Below, piece by piece: positions 7,758 through 16,067 of a stretch of DNA of 34,761 nt. This DNA comes from a virus. Its lineage: Duplodnaviria; Caudoviricetes. Both the position numbers and the translations under genes were made by a program. The stretch lies in IMG/VR virus record IMGVR_UViG_3300022876_000187, positions 1-34,761 of that record; one strand, given 5' to 3'. The notes below the pieces were generated by a model that was given only the letters and a program-made list of their open reading frames with translations, had not been told where the DNA came from and made no database searches. Each line of letters begins with the position of its first letter. The stretch's first letter is position 1.

Positions 7758-8768
7758 ATGGCCGCACTCCCGTACATGCAGCTTTACGTCGCTGATTACC
7801 TGGCCGACACCATGCACCTCACTACCGAGGAGCACGGCGCCTACCTGTTGCTGATCTTCAACTACTGGCAGACCGGGAAGCCTATTCCGAAAAACAGGCT
7901 GGCGCGCATTGCCCGGGCTTCCAGCGATCGATGGTCAGAGATTGAAAGCGCTCTTTCCGAGTTCTTCGAGGATGACGGCGAGCAATGGATTCACCTCAGG
8001 ATTGAGCGCGATATCGAATCCGTCCTGACGTCACCTCGTGGCAAGAAGCTGCCAGAGGGCGACAGTATCTCGGGCTTCAAGGGGTACGTTTACTTTGTCA
8101 CCGACCCGGGCTCGGACCTGGTAAAGATCGGGTATTCGAAGAACCCATGGGCGCGCTTGAGCGAGCTTCGTCGTACTTATGGCGTAGCTCTTTCCGTAGT
8201 AGCTACGGTAAAAACCGTAGAAAAATCCGAGACGACGGTTCATGCCGCGCTCGCTGAATTTCGGCATGAGGGTGAGTGGTTCAAGAAGAGCGACTGCATA
8301 AAATCCCTGATTTCAGCCGTTTCAGACGGAAAAGTAACTACCGTAGCAGAAATTCGTAGCTACGCAGACAGCTACGGTAGACCTGCTACGGCTACTACAA
8401 ATACAGATACAGATACAGATACAGATATAAAACCCCCTTTATCCCCCCTTGCTGAAAATCCAGCACCGGCACCCGAGCCGAAGGCCAAACGCAAATCCCG
8501 ATTGCCAGAGCCGTTCAACGTCACCGGCGATATGCGCAAGTGGGCCAGTGAACGCGCCCCAGCCGTGGGCCTGACCAACGAAACCGAAAAGTTCGTGAAC
8601 TACTGGCGCGGCAACGGGGGCACCAAGGCCGACTGGATCGCAACATGGCGCACCTGGTTCCTCAAGGCCCAGGAAGACGCCAACCGCCGCATGAATCCGC
8701 CACCACGCAACGGCCAGCCACCCCTGGACATGCACAGCACCGCCTGGGCAGAGGAGCCGATCCTGTGA
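7758..8768 (+). CDS. Replication initiator (DUF1376/YdaU-like N-terminus) with internal GIY-YIG (T5orf172-like) domain
   Basis: PYMQLYVADYLADTMHLTTEEHGAYLLL; internal GYVYF...KIGYS..P..RL...E..VH......GEWF; C-terminal ETEKFVNYW...DWIATWRTW. Confidence 0.85.
   Translation: MAALPYMQLYVADYLADTMHLTTEEHGAYLLLIFNYWQTGKPIPKNRLARIARASSDRWSEIESALSEFFEDDGEQWIHLRIERDIESVLTSPRGKKLPEGDSISGFKGYVYFVTDPGSDLVKIGYSKNPWARLSELRRTYGVALSVVATVKTVEKSETTVHAALAEFRHEGEWFKKSDCIKSLISAVSDGKVTTVAEIRSYADSYGRPATATTNTDTDTDTDIKPPLSPLAENPAPAPEPKAKRKSRLPEPFNVTGDMRKWASERAPAVGLTNETEKFVNYWRGNGGTKADWIATWRTWFLKAQEDANRRMNPPPRNGQPPLDMHSTAWAEEPIL
8194..8431. repeat. Probable phage origin: CCGTAG/CTACGG iteron-like repeats plus (ATACAG)4 and an A/T patch
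   Basis: CCGTAG-TAG-CTACGG 8194-8208, CCGTAG 8215, CTACCGTAGC 8338, CGTAGCTACG 8355, GCTACGGTAG 8371, GCTACGG 8385, (ATACAG)4 8401-8424; inside the initiator gene as in lambda O. Confidence 0.6.
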
Positions 8769-9484
8769 AGCACGTAACCGAAATCACCCAGACGCTCGAC
8801 CCGCAGCAGGCCCTGGCCCAGATCCCGGTTGTTCAGCCGATCAAGGTTGACCAGAGGACCGCGGAAATCGTGAACACCGTGTTCAGCAAGCTCCAGGGAA
8901 TTTACCCGGCCTGGCGTCAGGCATGGACCGACGATGCCGCCCTGGACAGCGCAAAACGCGAGTGGATCGCCGGATTCATCCAAGGCGGGATTACTTCGGA
9001 CCAGCAACTGGCCTTCGGCTTCCAGCAGGCCCGCAAGGACAAGAGCCCATTCCTGCCGAAGGTCGGCCAGTTCGTGGACTGGTGCAAGCCAACCGCGGAA
9101 CTGATGGGGCTACCGCATGAGGCCGATGCTTGGATTCAAGCCCTTGAGGGCAAGTACACCCACAACGCCGTCAAGATCGCAGCCGAGGCCACAAGCACGT
9201 TCGACCTGCGCACCGCCCGGGCAGACGACAAATCTCTCAAGCAGCGCTTCGAACGCAACTACGCCATCGTCATGCGCCGCGCCCAGACCGGGCAGCCGCT
9301 CGAGGGACGAATCGCCGCGGGCATCAGCCACGACAGCATGCGGCCCCGTGAGCAGATCCAGCTCGAGCACAGCCGCGCCGAAGCCGACCGCATCGTCGAC
9401 ACCCTCGAAATCCCCAAGGACCCAAAGGCCTGCCGCGCGCTGCTGCTGGCCAAGCTCAACATCCGGAGGCAAGACCATGCCTGA
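8765..9484 (+). CDS. Lambda P-like replication protein (helicase loader)
   Basis: F..L..IYPAWRQ...AKREW...ARKDKSPFLPKVGQFVDWC; GTGA coupling to the initiator. Confidence 0.85.
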   Translation: MKHVTEITQTLDPQQALAQIPVVQPIKVDQRTAEIVNTVFSKLQGIYPAWRQAWTDDAALDSAKREWIAGFIQGGITSDQQLAFGFQQARKDKSPFLPKVGQFVDWCKPTAELMGLPHEADAWIQALEGKYTHNAVKIAAEATSTFDLRTARADDKSLKQRFERNYAIVMRRAQTGQPLEGRIAAGISHDSMRPREQIQLEHSRAEADRIVDTLEIPKDPKACRALLLAKLNIRRQDHA

Positions 9485-9929
9485 TCAAAGCCCAGTAACG
9501 TTCCTGGTCCCGGGCGAAGCCGTGGGGAAGGGCAGGCCACGTGTCTCAACCATCGGCGGCCATGCCCGCATGTTCACGCCGAAGAAGACCGCAAACTACG
9601 AAACCCTGATCGCCATGGCTGCCCAGCAGGCCATGCAGGCCATGCAGGCCCGCGAGCTGATTACCGGCCCCGTGCTGCTGGAAATGAAAATCCTGGTCAG
9701 CGTGGCCGCGTCCTGGTCGAAGAAGAAAACCGCCGCGGCGCTCGCCGGCCAGGTCATGCCCACGAAAAAGCCCGACGCCGACAACGTGCTCAAGGCCATC
9801 TGCGACGGTATCAACGGCATCGTCTTCAAGGACGACGTCCAGGTGGTCAACGTCTCGATGAGCAAGCGCTTCGCAGAAAACCCGGGTGTCTTCGTCCGTG
9901 TCGTTCCGCTGCTGGGAGAATCGTCATGA
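9477..9929 (+). CDS. rusA: RusA-family Holliday junction resolvase
   Basis: PGEAVGKGRPR, TPKKT..YE, KKPDADNVLKAICDGING...DDVQVV. Confidence 0.92.
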   Translation: MPDQSPVTFLVPGEAVGKGRPRVSTIGGHARMFTPKKTANYETLIAMAAQQAMQAMQARELITGPVLLEMKILVSVAASWSKKKTAAALAGQVMPTKKPDADNVLKAICDGINGIVFKDDVQVVNVSMSKRFAENPGVFVRVVPLLGESS

Positions 9930-10192
9930 AGCCAATCATGCGCTGGGCCTGCCGTGAGCTGAGCGACGGCTGGGTGATGATCGGGGTGGACGTGGACTTA
10001 TCTCGCCCTGGCGAACCGGAGAGCCTGCTTGGCTACCGCAGGGCCGTGCACCCGTTCCACTTCGACGAGTCCGATACTCCGGTTATAGATTTCTACTCCG
10101 TTATCGCTGAAATGACTTACAGGGTTCAGAAGTGTTACGGGGTTGGCGCTCAACCTCACACCACCTCGCGCGCGTGCGCGTTTGGGGGCTGA
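9926..10192 (+). CDS. Phage hypothetical protein
   Basis: 88-aa ORF, ATGA-coupled to rusA. Confidence 0.65.
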   Translation: MKPIMRWACRELSDGWVMIGVDVDLSRPGEPESLLGYRRAVHPFHFDESDTPVIDFYSVIAEMTYRVQKCYGVGAQPHTTSRACAFGG

Positions 10193-10194
10193 CC

Positions 10195-10455
10195 ATGTCG
10201 GCCGCTGCGGAGTTGCGCGTTGATTGGTTCTCGCTGATCAACGGGATCTTGCGCGCGGGCTACTCGATCCAGTCCGCCGCAGAGGCGATTTCAGTTCCAC
10301 GGTCGACGCTGATCGGCTGGAAGCAGGGCGCGGAGCCTCGATATACCGAGGGCGAGCGCCTGGTTGCGTTCTGGTGCCAGGTCACCGGGAGCGACCGTTC
10401 ACGACTGCCCATGGTCGCGGTTGGCGACTGGTGGGCGTACCATTCGAAGGCCTGA
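10195..10455 (+). CDS. Small HTH protein at the Q position; candidate late-gene regulator
   Basis: GYSIQSAAEAISVPRSTLIGWKQGAEPRYTEGERL is HTH-like; located between rusA and the lysis genes. Confidence 0.7.
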   Translation: MSAAAELRVDWFSLINGILRAGYSIQSAAEAISVPRSTLIGWKQGAEPRYTEGERLVAFWCQVTGSDRSRLPMVAVGDWWAYHSKA

Positions 10456-10471
10456 ATAGGAGGGAGAAGGC

Positions 10472-10669
10472 ATGACAGACTGGAATTCAGCAAGCGAGCC
10501 CCCATCGGGGCGACCAGGGTTTTGGTCGGGCGAAGTTGCCGTTGTAACCAATCTCGGAAACCTGTTTCGAATTTCCTACTTCCAGGGGGATTACGGCGGT
10601 GTGTGGCAGCGCCCAAAGGCCTTCCAGGAAGGCGAGCAAGTCGAGTGGTGGTTACCGCTCCCGAAATAG
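10472..10669 (+). CDS. Phage hypothetical protein (Trp-rich)
   Basis: 65 aa, strong GGAGGGAG RBS; W...SEPP...WWLPLP pattern. Confidence 0.7.
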   Translation: MTDWNSASEPPSGRPGFWSGEVAVVTNLGNLFRISYFQGDYGGVWQRPKAFQEGEQVEWWLPLPK

Positions 10670-10701
10670 TCAGGATTCCGACACCCCGCCCCGCCGATTC
10701 T
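10665..10701 (+). promoter_or_regulatory. Putative late promoter 1 (lysis)
   Basis: AATA-GTCAGGATTCCGAC-N13-GATTCT. Confidence 0.7.
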
Positions 10702-10714
10702 CCACGTCATCGAT

Positions 10715-10742
10715 GCCCAGCCACCGTGCTGGGCTTTTTTTT
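10715..10742 (+). terminator. Rho-independent terminator upstream of the holin
   Basis: GCCCAGC-CACCGT-GCTGGGC followed by T8. Confidence 0.9.
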
Positions 10743-10759
10743 GCCGGGGAGAATCAACC

Positions 10760-10969
10760 TTGAACGCAACTCAAGACGTAGCCGTTGAGGCAACCAAAGC
10801 AGCGCCGCCAGTCATCGTGTCAGGGGCCATGCTGTTCGGCATGACGCCCGCGGAGTGGGTCACAGCGCTGACCGTGCTCTACCTGCTGCTCCAGATCGGC
10901 CTGCTGATCCCGCGCTACTGGTCGCAGTTCCGTACTTGGTTGCGGCCTGGCCCGGATGGCGCGAAGTGA
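10760..10969 (+). CDS. Holin
   Basis: 69 aa with hydrophobic segments, directly upstream of the endolysin; TTG start with GGAG RBS. Confidence 0.75.
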   Translation: MNATQDVAVEATKAAPPVIVSGAMLFGMTPAEWVTALTVLYLLLQIGLLIPRYWSQFRTWLRPGPDGAK

Positions 10970-11478
10970 GCGCCGTTCGCCAGCGCATCGCCGTGGGCAT
11001 GCTGACATTGAGCATGGCCGGCTTCGGCGCCTGGAAGGCCAGCGAGGGGTTCACCGACCACGCTGTGATCCCCACCAAAGGCGACGTGCCGACCCTTGGC
11101 CATGGTTCCACGCGCTGGGAGGACGGCAGGCCGGTGAAGATGAGCGACACCATCACCCGGGCCCGGGCCGAGATCCTGGCCCGCAACCTGAACAGCCAGG
11201 CCGAGAAGGAGTTCGCCGCCAGCCTGCCAGGCGTGAAGCTCCATCAGGAAGAGTTCGACCTGTACATGGACTTTGTTGGCCAGTACGGCATGGGCACCTG
11301 GCGCAAGTCCTCAATGCGCCGCGACCTGCTGGTGGACAACTACGCCCAGGCCTGCCGCGACCTGCTCAAGTACAAGTTTGCCGCCGGCTTCGACTGCTCA
11401 ACGCCGGGCAACAAGCGGTGCTGGGGTGTGTGGACTCGCCAGCTTGATCGCCACGCCAAGTGCATGGCTGCGCAATAG
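10966..11478 (+). CDS. Endolysin, GH24 lysozyme, probably SAR type
   Basis: N-terminal Gly/Ala-rich hydrophobic segment, then SEGF...GDVPTLGHGST; GTGA coupling to the holin. Confidence 0.9.
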   Translation: MSAVRQRIAVGMLTLSMAGFGAWKASEGFTDHAVIPTKGDVPTLGHGSTRWEDGRPVKMSDTITRARAEILARNLNSQAEKEFAASLPGVKLHQEEFDLYMDFVGQYGMGTWRKSSMRRDLLVDNYAQACRDLLKYKFAAGFDCSTPGNKRCWGVWTRQLDRHAKCMAAQ

Positions 11479-11487
11479 GGGGAAGCA

Positions 11488-12066
11488 ATGAGCAATACCT
11501 TAGGCCCTGATGGCTATATCGTTCCGCCCATCGACATGTTCACGGATAGGCATGGACCCAATCTGCGCATGCGTGTTGATCCCGGCCAGACCGGTTTTTT
11601 CAAGCGCCGCATGTGGCGGCTCTCGTTCGAGTTCACGGCGCTGGCTGCTACACCAATCGTTCTCAAGGTGGTTATGCCGGTGAACTTCATCATCCACCAC
11701 CAGGATCTATCGGTTGACGAGGGCGGAGTTGTTCTGCGCGCCTACCGCATCGGGCAGGGGGCCGAGGGCGGCACTTTTGAAACGCCAGTCCCGATGTACT
11801 CGGTCAACTTCATGACCGAAGAGGCGGCCTACACATTCCAGAGCAGCGTGACCACCGGCGGGACATTCACGCCGAGCGCGCCAGCCGTCGAGACGACTCG
11901 AGTCCGTGCAGCCACCGCCACCGCCCAGGCCTCAACGGTCAGCGGCAGCACGTTCGGCGAGCGTGGTCTTGCCGGGAGCACGTACTACCTCCAGATGAGC
12001 AATCTTCCGGGGGTATCTGGCACTAGCTCCGGTGTCTACTCGCTGATCGTGGAGGAGCGCCCGTGA
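11488..12066 (+). CDS. 192-aa hypothetical protein inside the lysis cassette
   Basis: Clean ORF with RBS, coupled to Rz by GTGA; Thr/Gly-rich, no transmembrane segment. Confidence 0.75.
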   Translation: MSNTLGPDGYIVPPIDMFTDRHGPNLRMRVDPGQTGFFKRRMWRLSFEFTALAATPIVLKVVMPVNFIIHHQDLSVDEGGVVLRAYRIGQGAEGGTFETPVPMYSVNFMTEEAAYTFQSSVTTGGTFTPSAPAVETTRVRAATATAQASTVSGSTFGERGLAGSTYYLQMSNLPGVSGTSSGVYSLIVEERP

Positions 12067-12497
12067 CCCGCTACATCATCGCAGGGCTTGCCATGGCGTT
12101 GATTGTGGCGTTGTGGCGTATTGACCATGTCAGCACCAGCCTCAGCACTGCAAAGAGGCGTGTTGGCGAGCTGGAGAGCCAGGCGCAGGCATTCGAACAA
12201 GCCATTGCTGTCCGCGACTCAATCGACCGCCAGTATCAGGAGGCAATCCGCAATGCCGAAGAATCCAAGCCACAGCTTGTTGCTGACCTCAATGCTGGTG
12301 CTCGCGTCGTGTACGTCCGCGCCGCCTGTGTGCCAGCCAATCCCAAGTCCGCCGGCGGCGCTGATGCAGCCACCCCCCAACTTGCAGCTGATGCTCGACA
12401 GGATTATGCCGACCTCGTTGTCGCCCACCGCAAAGTGACCGCCCAGGTGCTGGGCCTGCAACAGCACATCCTCACCGCCTGCACTCCTCGCAAATAG
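12063..12497 (+). CDS. Rz: i-spanin
   Basis: N-terminal transmembrane segment, coiled-coil, YVRAAC and C-terminal Cys; contains a nested lipoprotein ORF. Confidence 0.88.
   Translation: MTRYIIAGLAMALIVALWRIDHVSTSLSTAKRRVGELESQAQAFEQAIAVRDSIDRQYQEAIRNAEESKPQLVADLNAGARVVYVRAACVPANPKSAGGADAATPQLAADARQDYADLVVAHRKVTAQVLGLQQHILTACTPRK
12253..12438 (+). CDS. Rz1: o-spanin, embedded in Rz in the +1 frame
   Basis: AGGAGG RBS; MPKNPSHSLLLTSMLVLASC lipobox, then Pro-rich body. Confidence 0.88.
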   Translation: MPKNPSHSLLLTSMLVLASCTSAPPVCQPIPSPPAALMQPPPNLQLMLDRIMPTSLSPTAK

Positions 12498-12529
12498 TCG
12501 GGAACCCGACAGCCTGTCACCACGATGCT
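12493..12529 (+). promoter_or_regulatory. Putative late promoter 2 (portal/head operon)
   Basis: AATA-GTCGGGAACCCGAC-N13-GATGCT. Confidence 0.75.
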
Positions 12530-12567
12530 GAGGCCTCTTTGATGATCTATCACCGAGGCCCACCAGC

Positions 12568-13011
12568 ATGTCAGCACCTGACTTTACCCCCCAGATCCCC
12601 GGCGAACCGCTCGCCACCATGTCCCCGATCACGCCAGCAGTCACTGGCGCCACCGGCGGCACTCCAGAAACCAGCGAATCCATCACCGCGGCCCAGGCCC
12701 CGCAGTACAGCGCCAAGCACAACGGCGGTGGGCGCTGGATCGTAATCGACCTCAACGCCCCTAAGGTCGACGGCAAAGACGTGAAGATTGGCGATTTCGT
12801 TGGCGCCAGCAAGGAAGAGGCCGAGTTCGAAGTCTCGCGCTTGAGTGCCGGCGGCGAACCGCTCGCCCTGGACCCGGAGCGCCTGGCCGATAAGGCAGCC
12901 CTCACCACGCCAGCACCAGCCGCACGGGCTGTCGACGCTGCAACCCTGAAGCAACCAGTCATGACCCCGGACGGCTGGCTGTGCCCTGAACCACCGGCAG
13001 CGAAGGAGTAA
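12568..13011 (+). CDS. Phage hypothetical protein
   Basis: 147-aa ORF at the start of the head operon. Confidence 0.75.
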   Translation: MSAPDFTPQIPGEPLATMSPITPAVTGATGGTPETSESITAAQAPQYSAKHNGGGRWIVIDLNAPKVDGKDVKIGDFVGASKEEAEFEVSRLSAGGEPLALDPERLADKAALTTPAPAARAVDAATLKQPVMTPDGWLCPEPPAAKE

Positions 13012-13016
13012 CGGCC

Positions 13017-13220
13017 ATGGGAAGCAGACCGAAGAAACCAAAGGTCGTTGCCGCGCCTGATCCGCAGATCGAGGCGCAGAAGGCTGCCGACCTGGCCGCG
13101 CAGAAGGCCAACGAAGAAACCGCTGTTCGCAAGAAGCGCAAGGCAGAGAGCAGCCTGCTGTCCTCGGCCGGTGCCGCGGGCAGTGTCCTGGAACAAGGAA
13201 AGAGAACCCTCGGATCATGA
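13017..13220 (+). CDS. Small basic virion-assembly protein (T7 gp7.3 position)
   Basis: MGSRPKKPKV..., 67 aa, directly before the portal. Confidence 0.65.
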   Translation: MGSRPKKPKVVAAPDPQIEAQKAADLAAQKANEETAVRKKRKAESSLLSSAGAAGSVLEQGKRTLGS

Positions 13221-14818
13221 ATGCAGACCAGATCGCAAAAACGTTGAGCACCTTGAAGTCTCTCCGCTCGCCGCATGAGTCGGTCTGGCGCGATTGCTTC
13301 GATCACAGCTACCCGATCCGGGGGAGCGGCTTCTGCACTGAGCAAATCACGGCCATGGAAGCGCAGATGCGCAAGGCCAGGATGATCGACGGGACCACCA
13401 CGGACGCGGCCCGGATCCTGTCGTCCGGCATCATGTCGGGGCTGACCCCGGCCAACTCCCTATGGTTCGGCATGGACGTCGGCCAGGAGACCGAGGACGA
13501 GCGCCGGTGGCTGGACGACTCGGCGGATATCCTCTGGCAGAACATCCACGCATCCAACTTCGACGCGGCCGCCTTCGAGGGGCTTATCGACGTTGTGTGC
13601 GCTGGGTGGTTTGCCCTGTACATCGACCAGGACACGGAGAAGGGCGGTTTCACCTTCGACCTGTGGCCCATTGCGAGCGTGTACGCCTCGGCGTCCAAGG
13701 CTGGCGGCAAGATCGACACGGTGTACCGCGAGTACAAGCTCACGGCAGAGCAGGCGGTGAATGAGTTCGGCGAGGAAAACCTCAGCGAGAACACTCGCAA
13801 GCTGGCCAAGGACAAGCCGCAGGAAATGGTCCGGTTCGTCCACGCCATCTATCCGCGCACCACGTACATGGTCGGCGCCCGCCTGGCCAAGAACATGCCG
13901 ATCGCTTCCTGCAAGGTCGAGGTCGAGGCCAAGAAGCTGGTGAGCGAGTCCGGCTACCACGAAATGCCGGTAGTGGTACCGCGCTGGATGATGATTCCAG
14001 ACAGCGTCTACGCCGTGGGCCCGGTGTTCGATGCGCTGCCAGATTCGCGCACCCTGAACGAGCTGTGCCGCATGGACCTGGCCGCCGGCGACCTGGCCAT
14101 TGCCGGCATGTGGATTGCCGAGGATGACGGCGTGCTGAACCCGCGCACCGTCAAGGTGGGGCCGCGTAAGATCATCGTGGCCAACAGCACCGACAGCATG
14201 AAGCCCCTGCAAAGCGGCTCGAACTTCGAGTACGCCGAGACCAAGATCGCCCGCCTGCAGGCGTCCATCCGCAAGATCCTGATGGCCGACCAGCTCCAGG
14301 CCCAGGACGGTCCGGCGATGACCGCCACCGAGGTGCACGTCCGCGTGAACCTGATCCGCCAGCTGCTGGGCCCGGTCTATGGCCGGCTGCAAACCGAGTA
14401 CCTGCAACCGCTGATCGAGCGCTGTTTCGGCATCGCCTACCGCGCCGGGGTGCTGGGCCAGGCGCCCGAGTCTCTGGCGGGGCGTAACTTCACCGTGCGT
14501 TACCTCTCGCCGCTGGCGCGCTCGCAGAAGCTGGAGGAGGTCACCGCCATTGACCAGTTCGTCGAGGGCGCCCTCGTTGTCGCCCAGGCTGACCCAACCG
14601 TCATGGACAACATCGACCTGGACGAGGCCCAGCGCTTCAAGGGCGAGGCCCTGGGCGTGCCGTCCAACATCATTCGTAGCAAGGCAGACCGCGACAAGAT
14701 CCGCGAGGACAGGGCCGCAGCTGTACAGGCGCAGCAGGAGCAGGCGCAGCAGCAGATGATTCAGCAGCAGGCCGGCGAGGCGGCCATGAAGCAGCAGGCA
14801 GCAGGAGCAGCAGCATGA
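13217..14818 (+). CDS. Portal (head-to-tail connector), T7 gp8/BPP-1 type
   Basis: 533 aa; SGLTPANSLWF, ASNF, VPRW, MTATEV..R....QLLGPVYGRLQTEYLQPLIER, YLSPLA. Confidence 0.95.
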   Translation: MNADQIAKTLSTLKSLRSPHESVWRDCFDHSYPIRGSGFCTEQITAMEAQMRKARMIDGTTTDAARILSSGIMSGLTPANSLWFGMDVGQETEDERRWLDDSADILWQNIHASNFDAAAFEGLIDVVCAGWFALYIDQDTEKGGFTFDLWPIASVYASASKAGGKIDTVYREYKLTAEQAVNEFGEENLSENTRKLAKDKPQEMVRFVHAIYPRTTYMVGARLAKNMPIASCKVEVEAKKLVSESGYHEMPVVVPRWMMIPDSVYAVGPVFDALPDSRTLNELCRMDLAAGDLAIAGMWIAEDDGVLNPRTVKVGPRKIIVANSTDSMKPLQSGSNFEYAETKIARLQASIRKILMADQLQAQDGPAMTATEVHVRVNLIRQLLGPVYGRLQTEYLQPLIERCFGIAYRAGVLGQAPESLAGRNFTVRYLSPLARSQKLEEVTAIDQFVEGALVVAQADPTVMDNIDLDEAQRFKGEALGVPSNIIRSKADRDKIREDRAAAVQAQQEQAQQQMIQQQAGEAAMKQQAAGAAA

Positions 14819-15063
14819 CCAACATGACGGTCGAGCAGATCGACGCGATGTTCAAGCGCGTGTTCGAAGAGCACCACGAAGGCCGGATGGTGCTGGAACT
14901 GCTGATTCAGCGTTTCGCGCGAAACGCGGTCACGGTCGGGGGCATCGACGCCATCCTGAAAACCTACATCCAGGCCGGGCACCGTGAGGTGCTCGACCAC
15001 GTTCTACTGCGGATCGACCGCGCCAACGGGCTCAACGAAGCCACCAACGAGCAAGAGGAATAA
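14815..15063 (+). CDS. Small protein between portal and scaffold (Bbp19-like)
   Basis: FKRVFE..EGRMVLE.L...F...G.REVL..V pattern; synteny. Confidence 0.7.
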   Translation: MTNMTVEQIDAMFKRVFEEHHEGRMVLELLIQRFARNAVTVGGIDAILKTYIQAGHREVLDHVLLRIDRANGLNEATNEQEE

Positions 15064-15065
15064 CC

Positions 15066-15905
15066 ATGCGTTTCAAGAACAGTTTCGTGCGCTTCATGGG
15101 CGCTATGTTGATGGACGAGGCCGGCGATGGTGGCGATGGTGCTGCTCCACCAGCAGCCCCCCCGGCGACTTCCGTCCTGGGCACCGCTGCGGGCACTGAC
15201 TTCATCCCCGAGAAGTACCGCACCACCAAGGAAGACGGCACCCTCGACATGGAGGCCTCAGCCCGCAAGCTGGCCGAGTCCTATACCAGCCTGGAAAAGC
15301 GCATGGGTTCCGGCGATGCGCCACCCAAGACCGTCGAGGAATACGCACCGACCCTGACCGTCGAGGGCGTCACCTGGGACGAGTTCAAGACCGACCCACA
15401 GGCGCAAGAGTTCTTGAAGGGTGCTCATGAGGCCGGGCTGACCAACAAGCAGTTGGCCTATGTGGTTGACGCATTCCACAAGGCGGCTCCGGAACTGCTT
15501 GAGGGCAACGCTTTGCTGACCACCCAGGACTGCACCGCGGCGCTCAAGGCTGTCTGGACTGATGACAAGGCCATGACCTCCAACGTGCAGGCGTCTGTCC
15601 GGGCGGTCCAGGCATTTGCCAGTGATGGTGCTGCGCCGGGTAACCTCGACGCCCTGATGGCCAAGTACGGCAACGACCCGGACTTCATTGCCTTCACGGC
15701 CAACATCGGCAAAGAGCTGAAGGAAGACACCGCAATCAACGGTGGTGGCGCGGTCAGCGATGGTGACTTCGCCGTGAAAACCTCCGAGCTGCGTCAGCAG
15801 CTGCAGGACTTGCCGGCGCACGATCCGAAGCGCCCAGGCATCCAGGCCCAGCTGGATGCGATGTACGACCAGCGCTACAACAGGCAGCAATCCCGCCCGG
15901 GCTGA
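15066..15905 (+). CDS. Capsid scaffolding/assembly protein
   Basis: IPEKY...LAESYTSLEKRMG, AHEAGLT.KQ; lies between portal and capsid. Confidence 0.8.
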   Translation: MRFKNSFVRFMGAMLMDEAGDGGDGAAPPAAPPATSVLGTAAGTDFIPEKYRTTKEDGTLDMEASARKLAESYTSLEKRMGSGDAPPKTVEEYAPTLTVEGVTWDEFKTDPQAQEFLKGAHEAGLTNKQLAYVVDAFHKAAPELLEGNALLTTQDCTAALKAVWTDDKAMTSNVQASVRAVQAFASDGAAPGNLDALMAKYGNDPDFIAFTANIGKELKEDTAINGGGAVSDGDFAVKTSELRQQLQDLPAHDPKRPGIQAQLDAMYDQRYNRQQSRPG

Positions 15906-15916
15906 CTCCAGCCCAA

Positions 15917-15953
15917 AATAGTCGGGAAACCGACACCCCCCATGCACAAACAT
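15917..15953 (+). promoter_or_regulatory. Putative late promoter 3 (capsid)
   Basis: AATA-GTCGGGAAACCGAC-N13-AAACAT. Confidence 0.78.
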
Positions 15954-15974
15954 CGCAGGCATCCCAGCAATGGG

Positions 15975-16067
15975 CCGGCCTGCGATGGCATGCAGACAAC
16001 CGGAACGCCCCAGGCGCAGCAAAGCCGATGCACGCCAGGAATCCCGGCCCGCGATGCGGACAACCGG
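15975..16067 (+). ncRNA. Candidate cis-regulatory RNA in the capsid leader (two copies of a stem/internal-loop motif)
   Basis: CCGG-C-CTGC..GCAG-ACAA-CCGG (15975-16003) and CCGG-C-CCGC..GCGG-ACAA-CCGG (16044-16067), with one compensatory pair change. Confidence 0.55.

Noticed and set aside
9626-9650. 9-nt tandem duplication (GCAGGCCAT) in rusA
   Set aside because: In-frame slippage adding QAM; no sign of function
10167-10181. Alternating CGCGCGCGTGCGCGT tract upstream of the HTH gene
   Set aside because: Single occurrence in GC-rich DNA; no promoter geometry found
12507-12518. CGACAGCCTGTC shared with the minus strand near 4624-4635
   Set aside because: A single 12-mer match, not present in the other promoter copies; probably chance
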